This document shows positions 38,208 to 47,909 of a stretch of DNA of 64,000 bases, in pieces (the stretch's first letter is position 1; each line of letters starts with the position of its first letter). This stretch comes from Octopus sinensis (Eukaryota): the NCBI RefSeq assembly GCF_006345805.1, contig NC_043020.1, positions 21,824,001-21,888,000 of the forward strand, written 5' to 3'. Both the position numbers and the translations under genes were made by a program. Under the pieces are notes generated by a model that was not told the origin of the DNA, did no database searches, and saw only the letters and a program-made list of their open reading frames with translations.

Positions 38208-38466
38208 TTGCAGTGTTGAAGGTGTTTATAAGCCATTTAAGAAACACACAAAAACCGTTAGATTCACTTCAACATTTAAATTTAATTTGTCAAAATATTT
38301 TCGTCGCTTTGAGACCGCGACCTGTTAGCACGATATTTTTGTCAGTGAACAGGTCGCGGTCTCAAAGCGACGAAAATAATTTGGCAAATTAAATTTAAAT
38401 GTTGAAGTGAATGTAACGGTTTTTGTGTGTTTCTTAAATGGCTTACAAACACCTTCCACGCTGCAA
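38208..38466. repeat. Near-perfect inverted repeat (119-bp arms, 21-bp spacer)
   Basis: 38208-38326 is the reverse complement of 38348-38466 with a few mismatches. Confidence 0.95.
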
Positions 38467-38549
38467 TATATATATACACACATATATATATATGTATGTA
38501 TGTATGTATGTGTGTATATGTGTATGCATGTATGTGTGTGTGTGCGTGT

Positions 38550-38765
38550 CTGTGCTTGTGATTGTCCTCCACCACTGCTTGACAACGAATGTTGGTTTGT
38601 TTACATCCCTGTCACCTAGTGGTTTGACAAAGGAAACAGATAGAATAAGTACAATGCTTACAAAAATAAAACTGGAGTTGATTCATTAAACTACAATTCT
38701 TCAAGGCATTGCCCCAGCATGGCCACAGACCAATGGCTGGAAAAAGCAGAAGAATAAAAGAATAC
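38550..38765 (+). mobile_element. SINE 3' portion
   Basis: ttcaaggc..tgccccagcatggccacag..aatg.ctg.aa shared with 57230-57370. Confidence 0.6.
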
Positions 38766-38809
38766 ATTCTCTGCTTTGGTCTTATGTTGAAGGCATGAGA
38801 AAGCTTGAG

Positions 38810-39097
38810 TTTACATGAGAAGGCCTAACAGACCTGGTAGAAACAGCAGCCAAATCTCCCTCAAATCACACCTTACTGTCTTATGTATGTATATATATAT
38901 GAGCCAATGAGGGGGACCTCTACATGGTAGCTAGACCTGGTAGAAATAGCAGCCAAATTTCCCCCAATCACACCTTACTGTCTTATCTATGTATATATGT
39001 ATGTATGAGCCTATGAGGGAGACCCCTACATGGCAGCTAGACATGGTAGAAATAGCAGCCAAATCTCCCTCAAATCACACCTTACTGTCTTATCTTT
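38810..39097 (+). repeat. Three tandem ~103-bp units
   Basis: gac(c/a)tggtagaaa.agcagccaaat.tccc.caaatcacaccttactgtcttat at ~38830, ~38933, ~39039. Confidence 0.9.
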
Positions 39098-39194
39098 CTG
39101 CTACTTGGATATAGGTGTTATATTCGTCGTAAAAAACTTTCCTGTCACACACTCACGCACACGCACACACACACACACACACACGCACCCTCAC

Positions 39195-39240
<46 letters not shown>

Positions 39241-39399
39241 ACACGCACGTTAGCTTACAATTTTATTAATATATTTGCGTGTCTATGTGTGGAAAGAGGA
39301 AGTGGGAGGCAGAGTGAAAGAATCACTCACTACAGTAAGTGAATTACTTTCATTTTATTCGTTGCCCACTGTGTGTGTGCGTTTGCGTGTGGTGTAAAC

Positions 39400-39609
39400 C
39401 AGACTAAGAAAAGCATTTGACACACACACCAGAATGTGAGTTTTCTGTAAATTTTGCTTAATTGGAGTTTAAATTTTAAAAACTGGACCTGGCATGACGC
39501 GATGCATTCTACTCTTAAAAATGCTAGGTAAATTGTAATTGAAGAAATCCTATATTGTAGATTTCTATAACTCCCAAAGGGAGGCAGATAAAATCTGCCT
39601 TTTATAATA

Positions 39610-39612
<3 letters not shown>
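39400..39612 (-). mobile_element. Helitron-like 5' terminal segment (second family), copy 2
   Basis: Matches 37190-37399. Confidence 0.6.
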
Positions 39613-39640
<28 letters not shown>

Positions 39641-40427
39641 CTTGGAAAAGGATGCGTGGCGTTCGATCATATAATAATATAAATAATATATAAATATATG
39701 CATATATACATACATATATGTACATACCTACATATATGTATATATACATGCATATATGGGTACAGGACATCAAAAAACATTGAACACAATGAGAAACGAA
39801 AACATAAAAACAAAGACATAGAAACGAACTATTTTTTGAAACAACGAATAAAACAGAGAAATGAGACATACAGCATAAAGAATATTTCCCTTCTTCAGTT
39901 GACTTTGTTTCATCTACTCCGCGTTCCGAAGGTAAGGACAAGACGCAACTTCGTTGAAACAGTCCTTTCCGCAAAGCAAATTAAATAAAATTTGGGATTT
40001 TTTGCGGAGGGTGAAAGTGGTAACAAGAACAGGACAATGAGAAAAAAACCCAGTAAAAACACTAAAAAAGTAAAAACAGTAAAAGACAGAACAATGAGAC
40101 CAAAACAATAAAAACGAACGATGAGGGCTGTTAAGCCAAGACGATGGAAAAATTATTCTGAACGCTTAAGGAGACAGCTTATGAAGAGACAGGATAAGCT
40201 GGTTTGGTCTTTGTGAACATAGTAGTCGGAAAGATGGCTTCCCTCTGATCACGTGTCAGCGACGAGAGGGTCGAAAAGGAGGAGTAAAAGTGAGGGAACG
40301 GTGAAGGGGAGAGGAGAAGAATAGAGAATGGTGGAAGAGAAAACCAGAAAGGATGAAGAACAAGAGAGGGAGGGAGATAAACAGAGAAGATATAGTAAAG
40401 AAGAGTGCGCATCGTAATTATTAAGAT

Positions 40428-40466
40428 AAATAATAATAATAATAATATAATAATAATATAATAATA

Positions 40467-40545
<79 letters not shown>

Positions 40546-40546
40546 G

Positions 40547-40579
<33 letters not shown>

Positions 40580-40580
40580 T
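40428..40580. repeat. Compound microsatellite (TAA)n-(TTA)n-(CTA)n
   Basis: Directly visible. Confidence 0.95.
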
Positions 40581-40581
40581 T

Positions 40582-41121
40582 GTTTGAGAGAGCAGCACAT
40601 GCCATCAAAGTGACACTGGGGTAAAATATACGATGCCTAATATACTCGTCCTATAAGGGTACACCAGGCACATGTATCACAATATGTGCGCTACATAGTG
40701 ATCTCATATCAAGATAAACAGCACATGACCTTGCAGGTGGGGTCCAGTTAGAATTTTCTTCAGGTCGATTAGCCCTTTTCGCTCAAAAGGTCCCTGAATA
40801 AGGGTTGTTTTAGGATGATAAGCAAAACACCCAAGTTTTCAAAGGTGAATTATCCAAAACCCAAAAAATTCCTCTCCACGCATGGCTATGATGCTCCCAC
40901 ACTACTTCTTCTCGTAATCAGAGATGCTCATATCGTCAGCCACTAAGGGACATGGTCAACTGGTTAAGGTCAAACAACTGACAGGCAAATCTGTGGTATT
41001 GAGCAGAATATATGCTGTAGCCCATCTCTTATACCAAGACAAAACAATGTACATGATAACACTTCCTATTAGTTAAGATCAGAAGCCATGAGAGCCACTG
41101 CCTGGTACTGCATCGCGGCAT
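40582..41121 (-). mobile_element. ~560-bp non-coding repeat (copy 2 of 3)
   Basis: Reverse complement of 24292-24848 and 54184-54761. Confidence 0.9.
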
Positions 41122-41159
41122 TTTGTTATTGTTGTTTTTGTTGTTGTTATCATTATTTA

Positions 41160-41877
41160 AGACGTCGGACATGTTGATCGAAGATATCGCGTCTACCGGG
41201 GGTTTGTATTCTCTGTCAAGTCACATGAAGGACCTCAGACAGAACGTACTTTATGCAATGTACATGCAGTTCCAAGTAATGCAAATTTTTGTGATACACC
41301 TTGGTTATAGGTATTTCTAAAGATTCCAGATTTTTTTCAGATTGGGTGGTATTTAACCCAATGCCCCGATGACAATAAGGACAACCTTTATGTTTGACTT
41401 TCGTAGCTGCCACATCTTAGCGATCTCAATTCTCAGGTCTGCTTATTAATCAGTCTTTTCTCTTTCCTTCATGATATGTTAATCTCCTGGCACTTCCACG
41501 TCGATTATTAGGCAGTTATGTTTACCCCTCCTAAAGGTTGCTATATCCGGCCTTCAGTGCTCTAACACCTTGTCTGTCCATTACCTTTTCCGGTGTATGT
41601 TGGTACCAAGCACCCGTTACCTCTTATCCATACTTCCGGGATAGTAGCCAGTGAGGGTTTTGGGCTACCTTGTCGTGTCCGCGCTTGTACTCTTTCTGCA
41701 CAAAACTTTCATAAGCACTCACAATCTGAGTCACACATTTTGCACAGGTTCGTTGCACTGAGTTGATATTCAATGTGTGATCCTGAGCGGCGATGATTAG
41801 GCTTTCAGTCTCCTTTCTTAGGTCACCCTTGCTGAGCCACCTCCATGATGCTTTCCGGTCTTTTAAATTGTTAGTTT
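41160..41877 (-). mobile_element. R4/Dong-like LINE, 3' part (RLE region), split by Gypsy insertion
   Basis: SWRWLSKGDLRKETESLIIAAQDH, YKRGHDKVAQ..HW, VIGALG; continues at 47228-47705. Confidence 0.85.
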
Positions 41878-42295
41878 TGTAGTGATGCTACAGTGTAGGG
41901 TTCGGCGCGCATGCGCAGAATGGGACTACTTCCGGGTGGCCACCGGAAGTCTTCCCCATGCGCATGTGCGGGAAAACATCTCTCGAGCCCGCGAACCTCA
42001 AATCTCTCTCTTCGGCTCAAGACAGCACTGCGATCGGTCACGGTTTTCCTGGCTCTGACAGCCACACACCAGCTTCAACCAACTTCAACCAACCTCAACG
42101 ACCAACACCAGCAGTATCTCAGAGGCTGTCTATTCCCCCATCAGACAACGTACAACCATGAATCAATAAACCAAGTTGTCTGTTCACCTTTAACCTGAGT
42201 TTCGTCTGTTTGTTTTCTACAAGAATTTTTGTATGTGACTAGAAAGGATCTCGACACCCTGCCAGTGCTTCGATGATAGATCCTTTCACGTTACA
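41878..42295 (+). repeat. 5' LTR (418 bp)
   Basis: tgtagtg...cgttaca; identical to the 3' LTR except one C indel by eye; aataaa at ~42164. Confidence 0.97.
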
Positions 42296-42297
42296 AT

Positions 42298-42307
42298 TGG
42301 TGACCCC
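42298..42307 (+). other. Primer-binding site, complementary to the tRNA-Trp 3' end
   Basis: TGGTGACCCC, 2 nt after the LTR; eukaryotic tRNA-Trp ends GGGGTCA-CCA. Confidence 0.75.
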
Positions 42308-42682
42308 TAGTGAAAAAAAACAGGATAGAAGACACAGCGAACAGGTTTTTTTTTGGGCCGAAGAGCGCGGAAATTCACATTTATTTTCCTATTTTCTCCT
42401 CCTTTCAGCACGGCGAGGTGGGTCAAATAACCTTATTCACCGCACACAGTACAAAAAAAAAAAAAAAGAAAAAAAAGAAAACACACACACATTCATTTTT
42501 TTTTTCCTTTTCTGTATTTTGTTTTCCTTGTACACACTTATTCTTTTTTTTTTTTTTTTTTGCTACCCACGAGGTGCACACACAAACACAATTTTCAATT
42601 GCCTTCTCGGTTCCACGTGTTCTCTCTCCGTTTCTCGACCATACCTTCTGCCCCCTTCTCACAGACTCCTTCCGACAAAGGC

Positions 42683-43417
42683 ATGGCTTCAGGTTTGCCT
42701 TCATTTACGGGGGATGCGGGGCTGTGGTTTGCACAGGTGGAGTCACACTTTGCCGCGCATACCATTCCGCCACAACAGCAGTTACATCTACTGTTTTCAA
42801 GTTTGCCCTCCCGGCTCGCAACATCGGTCAGGGATCTCATTGTGAGTCCCCATCCTGACGCCACATATGCGTCAGTAAAGGCGGAGATCCTCCGTCGCAA
42901 CACGCGCTCAGAGGAATGTCAATTTAATGAACTGATGGCCGACGAGCAGTTAGGGGACAGAACTCCATCCCAATTCTGCGCCATCTAAGAGAGCTAAGCG
43001 GCAACGCCGCTGACGCGCCGCTCTTACGCAAGATATTTTCTCAAGCTGCCTGCCCACGTGCAGACAATGTTGGCCACGGCACTGGATGCTGTGTCTGTGG
43101 ACCAGATCGCCACGATGGCCGACAAAGTGTTGGAGTTTTGCGCCCCATCTCCCTCGCGGGGCCTGTACGCATGCACAGAGCCCCCCCCGACCCCTCCGAC
43201 GAACGATAAACTGGCCGAGAACATCGACGCGCTTACGCGGAGGATCGATGATCTGTGCCGTGCGATCGGACGCCAATCTCGTAGTCGCAGTAGCTCTATT
43301 TCCCGCAGTCGGAGTGACTCTGTTTCTCGTTCCGGCTGGTGCTGGTACCATTCGAGATATGCCGAAAAGGCAGATCGGTGTACCCAGCCGTGCACTTTCA
43401 AGCCCTCGGAAAACTAA
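42683..43417 (+). pseudogene. gag: Gypsy gag (frameshifted in this assembly)
   Basis: FTGDAGLWFAQVESHF, QLGDRTPSQ, LPAHVQTML, terminal WCWYHSRY..KA.RC.QPC knuckle. Confidence 0.9.
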
Positions 43418-43449
43418 ATCCGGAGGAGGTGAGCACGTCACCTTCTTCC
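43408..43449 (+). promoter_or_regulatory. Candidate -1 ribosomal frameshift signal (G_GAA_AAC, 7-nt spacer, 11-bp stem-loop)
   Basis: pol is in the -1 frame relative to gag here; stem ggaggaggtga/tcaccttcttc. Confidence 0.65.
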
Positions 43450-46400
43450 ATCTCGTTTCCCAAACATCGTGCATTCTATGTAAAAGATCTGGTGTCGAAG
43501 ACATTCTTCATGGTAGACACCGGTTCCTGTTGCAGCATCTGGCCCCTTCGTCTGGCTGCAGACAAGCCGAAGCGCTCTTCGATTGTCTTGCATGCTATTG
43601 ACTCGTCTCCCATAACCACTTACGGTCAGATTTCGCTGCGCCTCAACCTCAACCTTCGCCGAGACTTTCGATGGGTTTTCGTCATCGCTGACATCCCACA
43701 TCCTATTCTCGGCGCTGATTTCCTGGATAGGTTTAACCTATTGGTGGATGTCAGGCGTCGGAGGCTTCTTGATAGCACGACGTCGCTCTCTACACCGACT
43801 GGGAGTTCCACCACTGCGGTCCTTAGCCCGACATTCTTTGTTGCCACCTCTGGAGACCCATTTCACTCTCTTTTGGTTTCATTTCCGGAGCTAGTGGACA
43901 TTGCCTTTAAACCGGAAAATCCTACCCACTCGACCCTCCATTTCATCACCACCAATGGGCCACCTGTATTCTCACGCCCCCGGCGCCTAGCGCCAGACCG
44001 ACTTAAAACAGCCAGAGCCGAGTTTGAGCACATGCTTCAACTTGGCATTATACGCCCCTCCACCAGCCCATGGGCATCTCCCCTTCATTTGGCGCGAAAG
44101 GGCGAGTCTGATTTTCGCCCGGTTGGAGACTATCGACGCCTCAATGCCGTCACAATAGCCGATCGCTATCCGATTAGAAATCTCCGGGACTTTACAGCAA
44201 ATCTCCATGGTTGTACCATTTTTCGAAGGTCGATCTGATACGCGCTTACCACCAATACCGGTCAACCCAGCCGACGTTCCAAAAACTGCAATCACTACCC
44301 CGTTTGGGTGTTTTGAGTTTTTGTACATGAGTTTCGGTTTGCGGAATGCTACTAGCACCTTCCAGCGTTTCATTGATGAGGTTGTCCGCGGTCTTGATTT
44401 TGTGTTTGCCTATGTCGATGACATACTCATTGCGAGCGACACACGAGAAAATCATCTCCGGCACCTTTCTCAACTCTTCCAGCGTCTTCGCGCGTATAGC
44501 ATACGCATAAACCCCGACAAGTGTGTTTTCGGACGCTCTTCCCTAGATTTTCTAGGGCATCATATTGATTCGACTGGAATCAGCCCCCTCTCGTCAAAAG
44601 TCGATGCCATTCAACGCATCGCACCCCCACTTCCTTGCGCCAGCTCAGGCATTATCTAGGGATGGTCAATTTCTACCGACGCTTCATTCCCGGTTGTGCA
44701 GATAAGCTGCTACCTCTCACCAGGCTGTTAAAGGACTCTCCTAGAAAGGACAGTCAAGTCACCCTCTCTGTTGAGGCAGTGACAGCCTTTGAGTCCATTA
44801 AGAAGGAGCTGGCTTCTGTTTCTTTGCTTGCACATCCAGTTCCTGGTGCTTCTCTCTCTTTGACTGTGGACGCATCGGACACTGCGATTGGCGCTGTGTT
44901 ACAACACACAGTGGATGACCATGTTCGACCTCTAGCCTTCTTTTCCCGTCAACTGCAACCAGCTGAACGACGATACAGCACCTTTGATCGTGAGCTCCTA
45001 GCGATCTACCTATCGGTTCGTCATTTCCAGCATCAACTTGAAGGGCGAGATTTTGTGATCTATACGGATCACAAGCCCCTTACGTTTGCCCTGTTTTCAA
45101 AAACGGACAAACTCTCACCCCGTGCTTTTCGGCACCTGGATTTTATCTCTCAATTTACTAGCAACATTCGACACATACCTGGAAAAGAGAACGTTCCTGC
45201 TGACGCTCTCTCTCGCCTTCCAATTTGCGCCCTTTCGTCTCCTGCTGCTATCGACTTAGCTGCCATATCGCAGGAGCAGCCACCTTTGGCGTCGTTAGAT
45301 TTAACTTCTCCCAAGTTCTCCTGTTGCCAGTTTTCCTACCTTCCGCTTCCGTCAGCCGAAGGCACCATTCTTTGTGACACTTCAACTGGATCTCCCAGGC
45401 CACTGGTGCCTGAGACCCATCAACGCTCAGTGTTTGAAGCACTGCACTCCTTATCACATCCTGGCATCGCTGCCACCCTCAAACTAATCACTGCTCGGTT
45501 TTTTTCTGGCCGAATATGCGTCGCACAATTACTTGTTGGACACGCACCTGCTCCAAGTGTCAACGATCCAAGATTCAACGGCACGTTCGTGCCCCGCTTG
45601 GACAATTTCCCCCCACGGAGGCCCGTTTTCGCCATGTCCACATCGATCTGGTTGGACCATGGCCTGTGAGTCGCGGGTTCTCTTATCTATTAACTTGTGT
45701 CGATCGTTTCTCCCGCTGGCCAGAAGCCATTCCGATAGCAGACATTTCTGCTGAGACTGTTGCGCGAGCTTTCGTTTCAAACTGGATTTCTCGCTTCGGA
45801 GTCCCGTCCCGATTGACAACTGATCGTGGACGACAGTTTGAGGCCTCGCTATTTCGCGAATTGTCGCGAATTTTGGGTATGCACCATATCCACACCACAA
45901 GCTACCATCCAGCGTCTAATGGATTGGTTGAGCGGTTCCATAGACAGCTCAAGGCCGCTTTTCGTGCCTCTTCGGACCCACAGTCCTGGATCGAATTTCT
46001 GCCCATTGTGCTTCTCGGCTGTCGGACTGCTGTCAAGGCAGACCTGGGGTTTTCTGCTGCAGAGCTGCTGTATGGTACCACACTGGCATTGCCCGGTACG
46101 ATGTTGGTGCCAGACACTTCCCCGCCCCATGATCCGGCGACCTATGTCACCAGACTGCGGGAATATTTTTCAAACCTTCCGCCCATGCTTCCCAGAAAGC
46201 AATCTCCACCGTCCCATCTTCCACCGGATATGAACACCTGGTCGCATGTTTTTGTTCGGGACGATTCTGTGAAGGGCCCACTTGTTTCTCCTATAAAGGA
46301 CCTTTTCGTGTGCTTTCTCTCGCACACCAAAGGTTTTCACGATTGAGATAAATGGTCGTTCGGAGACCGTTTCCGTGGACCGTTTAAAAAAGGCACATTT

Positions 46401-46690
46401 TGAGACGTCTTCATCTTTTGATGACAACCTTGACACACCCACCTATGCACCTTTAACAACGCCTTCACCTGCACAACGCCTTCACCTGTACAAACGCTTC
46501 ACCTGCACAAACGCCTTCACCTGCACAAACGCCTTCACCTGCACAAACGCCTTCACCCACAATCACTTCACCGGCTCCTACAACACCACCCTCGCCGTCA
46601 ACGGGTGCCCCGAGCACACCGTATGTTACAAAATCGGGCAGAACAGTGCATTGGCCCAAGAAACTTTCAAAACAATTTACATTTAACTTT
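43415..46690 (+). pseudogene. pol: Gypsy pol (protease, RT, RNase H, integrase), several frameshifts
   Basis: VDTG; SPWASPLHL, GDYRRLN, MSFGLRNA, YVDDILIAS; VDASDTAIGAVL, TDHKPL; [27 protein letters not shown]; TKSGRTV. Confidence 0.95.
46459..46558 (+). repeat. ~6 tandem 18-bp units ACGCCTTCACCTGCACAA (TPSPAQ repeats in the integrase tail)
   Basis: Directly visible; two units are 17 bp. Confidence 0.9.
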
Positions 46691-46808
46691 AAAATGTTTC
46701 TTATTGTATAATAGTATGTACCAAGTCTTCTGGGGGATCGGCAAGCCTTCTGTTTTCTGCAGCACCACCACAATATTCTGGTTGCCGTACTTCGCACTCG
46801 GAGGGCCC

Positions 46809-47227
46809 TGTAGTGATGCTACAGTGTAGGGTTCGGCGCGCATGCGCAGAATGGGACTACTTCCGGGTGGCCACCGGAAGTCTTCCCCATGCGCATGTGC
46901 GGGAAAACATCTCTCGAGCCCGCGAACCTCAAATCTCTCTCTTCGGCTCAAGACAGCACTGCGATCGGTCACGGTTTTCCTGGCTCTGACAGCCACACAC
47001 CAGCTTCAACCAACTTCAACCACACCTCAACGACCAACACCAGCAGTATCTCAGAGGCTGTCTATTCCCCCATCAGACAACGTACAACCATGAATCAATA
47101 AACCAAGTTGTCTGTTCACCTTTAACCTGAGTTTCGTCTGTTTGTTTTCTACAAGAATTTTTGTATGTGACTAGAAAGGATCTCGACACCCTGCCAGTGC
47201 TTCGATGATAGATCCTTTCACGTTACA
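46809..47227 (+). repeat. 3' LTR (419 bp)
   Basis: See 5' LTR. Confidence 0.97.
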
Positions 47228-47705
47228 GTTTCATGGTGGAACTGACCATGTAATTCCATGCGGAGTAGAGTTCCTTCTCTCTCGCTGGCTGTTATGAGCA
47301 CTCTCAAATTCATTTTTGGTAAATCCTTCTGCATTAGCAACGCACCGTAGCAAGTCTTATTTGTTGTATACCAAATATTCTGCCATGTTTCTTCTTTCAC
47401 TGTTGATGCCCTCCCGTACGCTAATCAGCGCAGGTCGACCTTTACCTCTCTTCATGTAGAACCTGTGTACATTTGCCTTAGGGTGGTGGGCACTATGCAT
47501 TGTCATTGCCTTTTGGGTAGTGTGATCGAATTGGTCAATCTCCACTTGTGTCCATTTCAGATTGGGTGCAATAAGAGAACTACAGCAACAGTCCACATGT
47601 TGATGGCAGTCACAAGGTTCCTTGAGTTGAGTTTTGATTTCAAGAGAAGTTTGAGGCGCTTGAAATATGCAGTTATGACCTTGTTTTTCAAGATATTGTC
47701 CAGCA
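47228..47705 (-). mobile_element. R4/Dong-like LINE, upstream part of the element split by Gypsy
   Basis: LKWTQVEIDQFD..T.KAMTMHSAHHPKANVHRFYMKRGKGR..LISV, ending ...ELHGQFHHET at the TSD. Confidence 0.85.
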
Positions 47706-47729
47706 CCATTTATCATTATTATCATAGTC

Positions 47730-47908
47730 TTCTTCTTCTTCCTCTCCTCCTCCTCCTCTTTCTTCTTCTTCTTCTTCCTCTCCTCCTCCTCTCCTCCTCC
47801 TCCTCCTCCTCCTCCTCCTCCTTCTCCTCCTCCTTCTTATTCTTCTTCTTCTTCTTCTTCTTCTTCTTCTTCTTCTTCTTCTTCTTCTTCTTCTTCTTCT
47901 TCTTCTTC
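47730..47908. repeat. (CTT)n/(CTC)n microsatellite
   Basis: Directly visible. Confidence 0.95.
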
Positions 47909-47909
47909 A

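Larger units (their letters stand above)
41878..47227 (+). mobile_element. Full-length Ty3/Gypsy LTR retrotransposon, recent insertion
   Basis: TG...CA LTRs, GTTT target-site duplication (41874-41877 and 47228-47231), PBS, gag and PR-RT-RH-IN order. Confidence 0.97.

Noticed and set aside
39660-40430. Possible PLE pLTR with hammerhead-like remnant (minus strand tcaacgaag...cttcggaacg)
   Set aside because: Core too degenerate and no adjacent recognisable ORF
46459-46558. CRISPR-like array
   Set aside because: Contiguous 18-bp units without spacers, inside the Gypsy integrase tail; no cas genes; eukaryotic context
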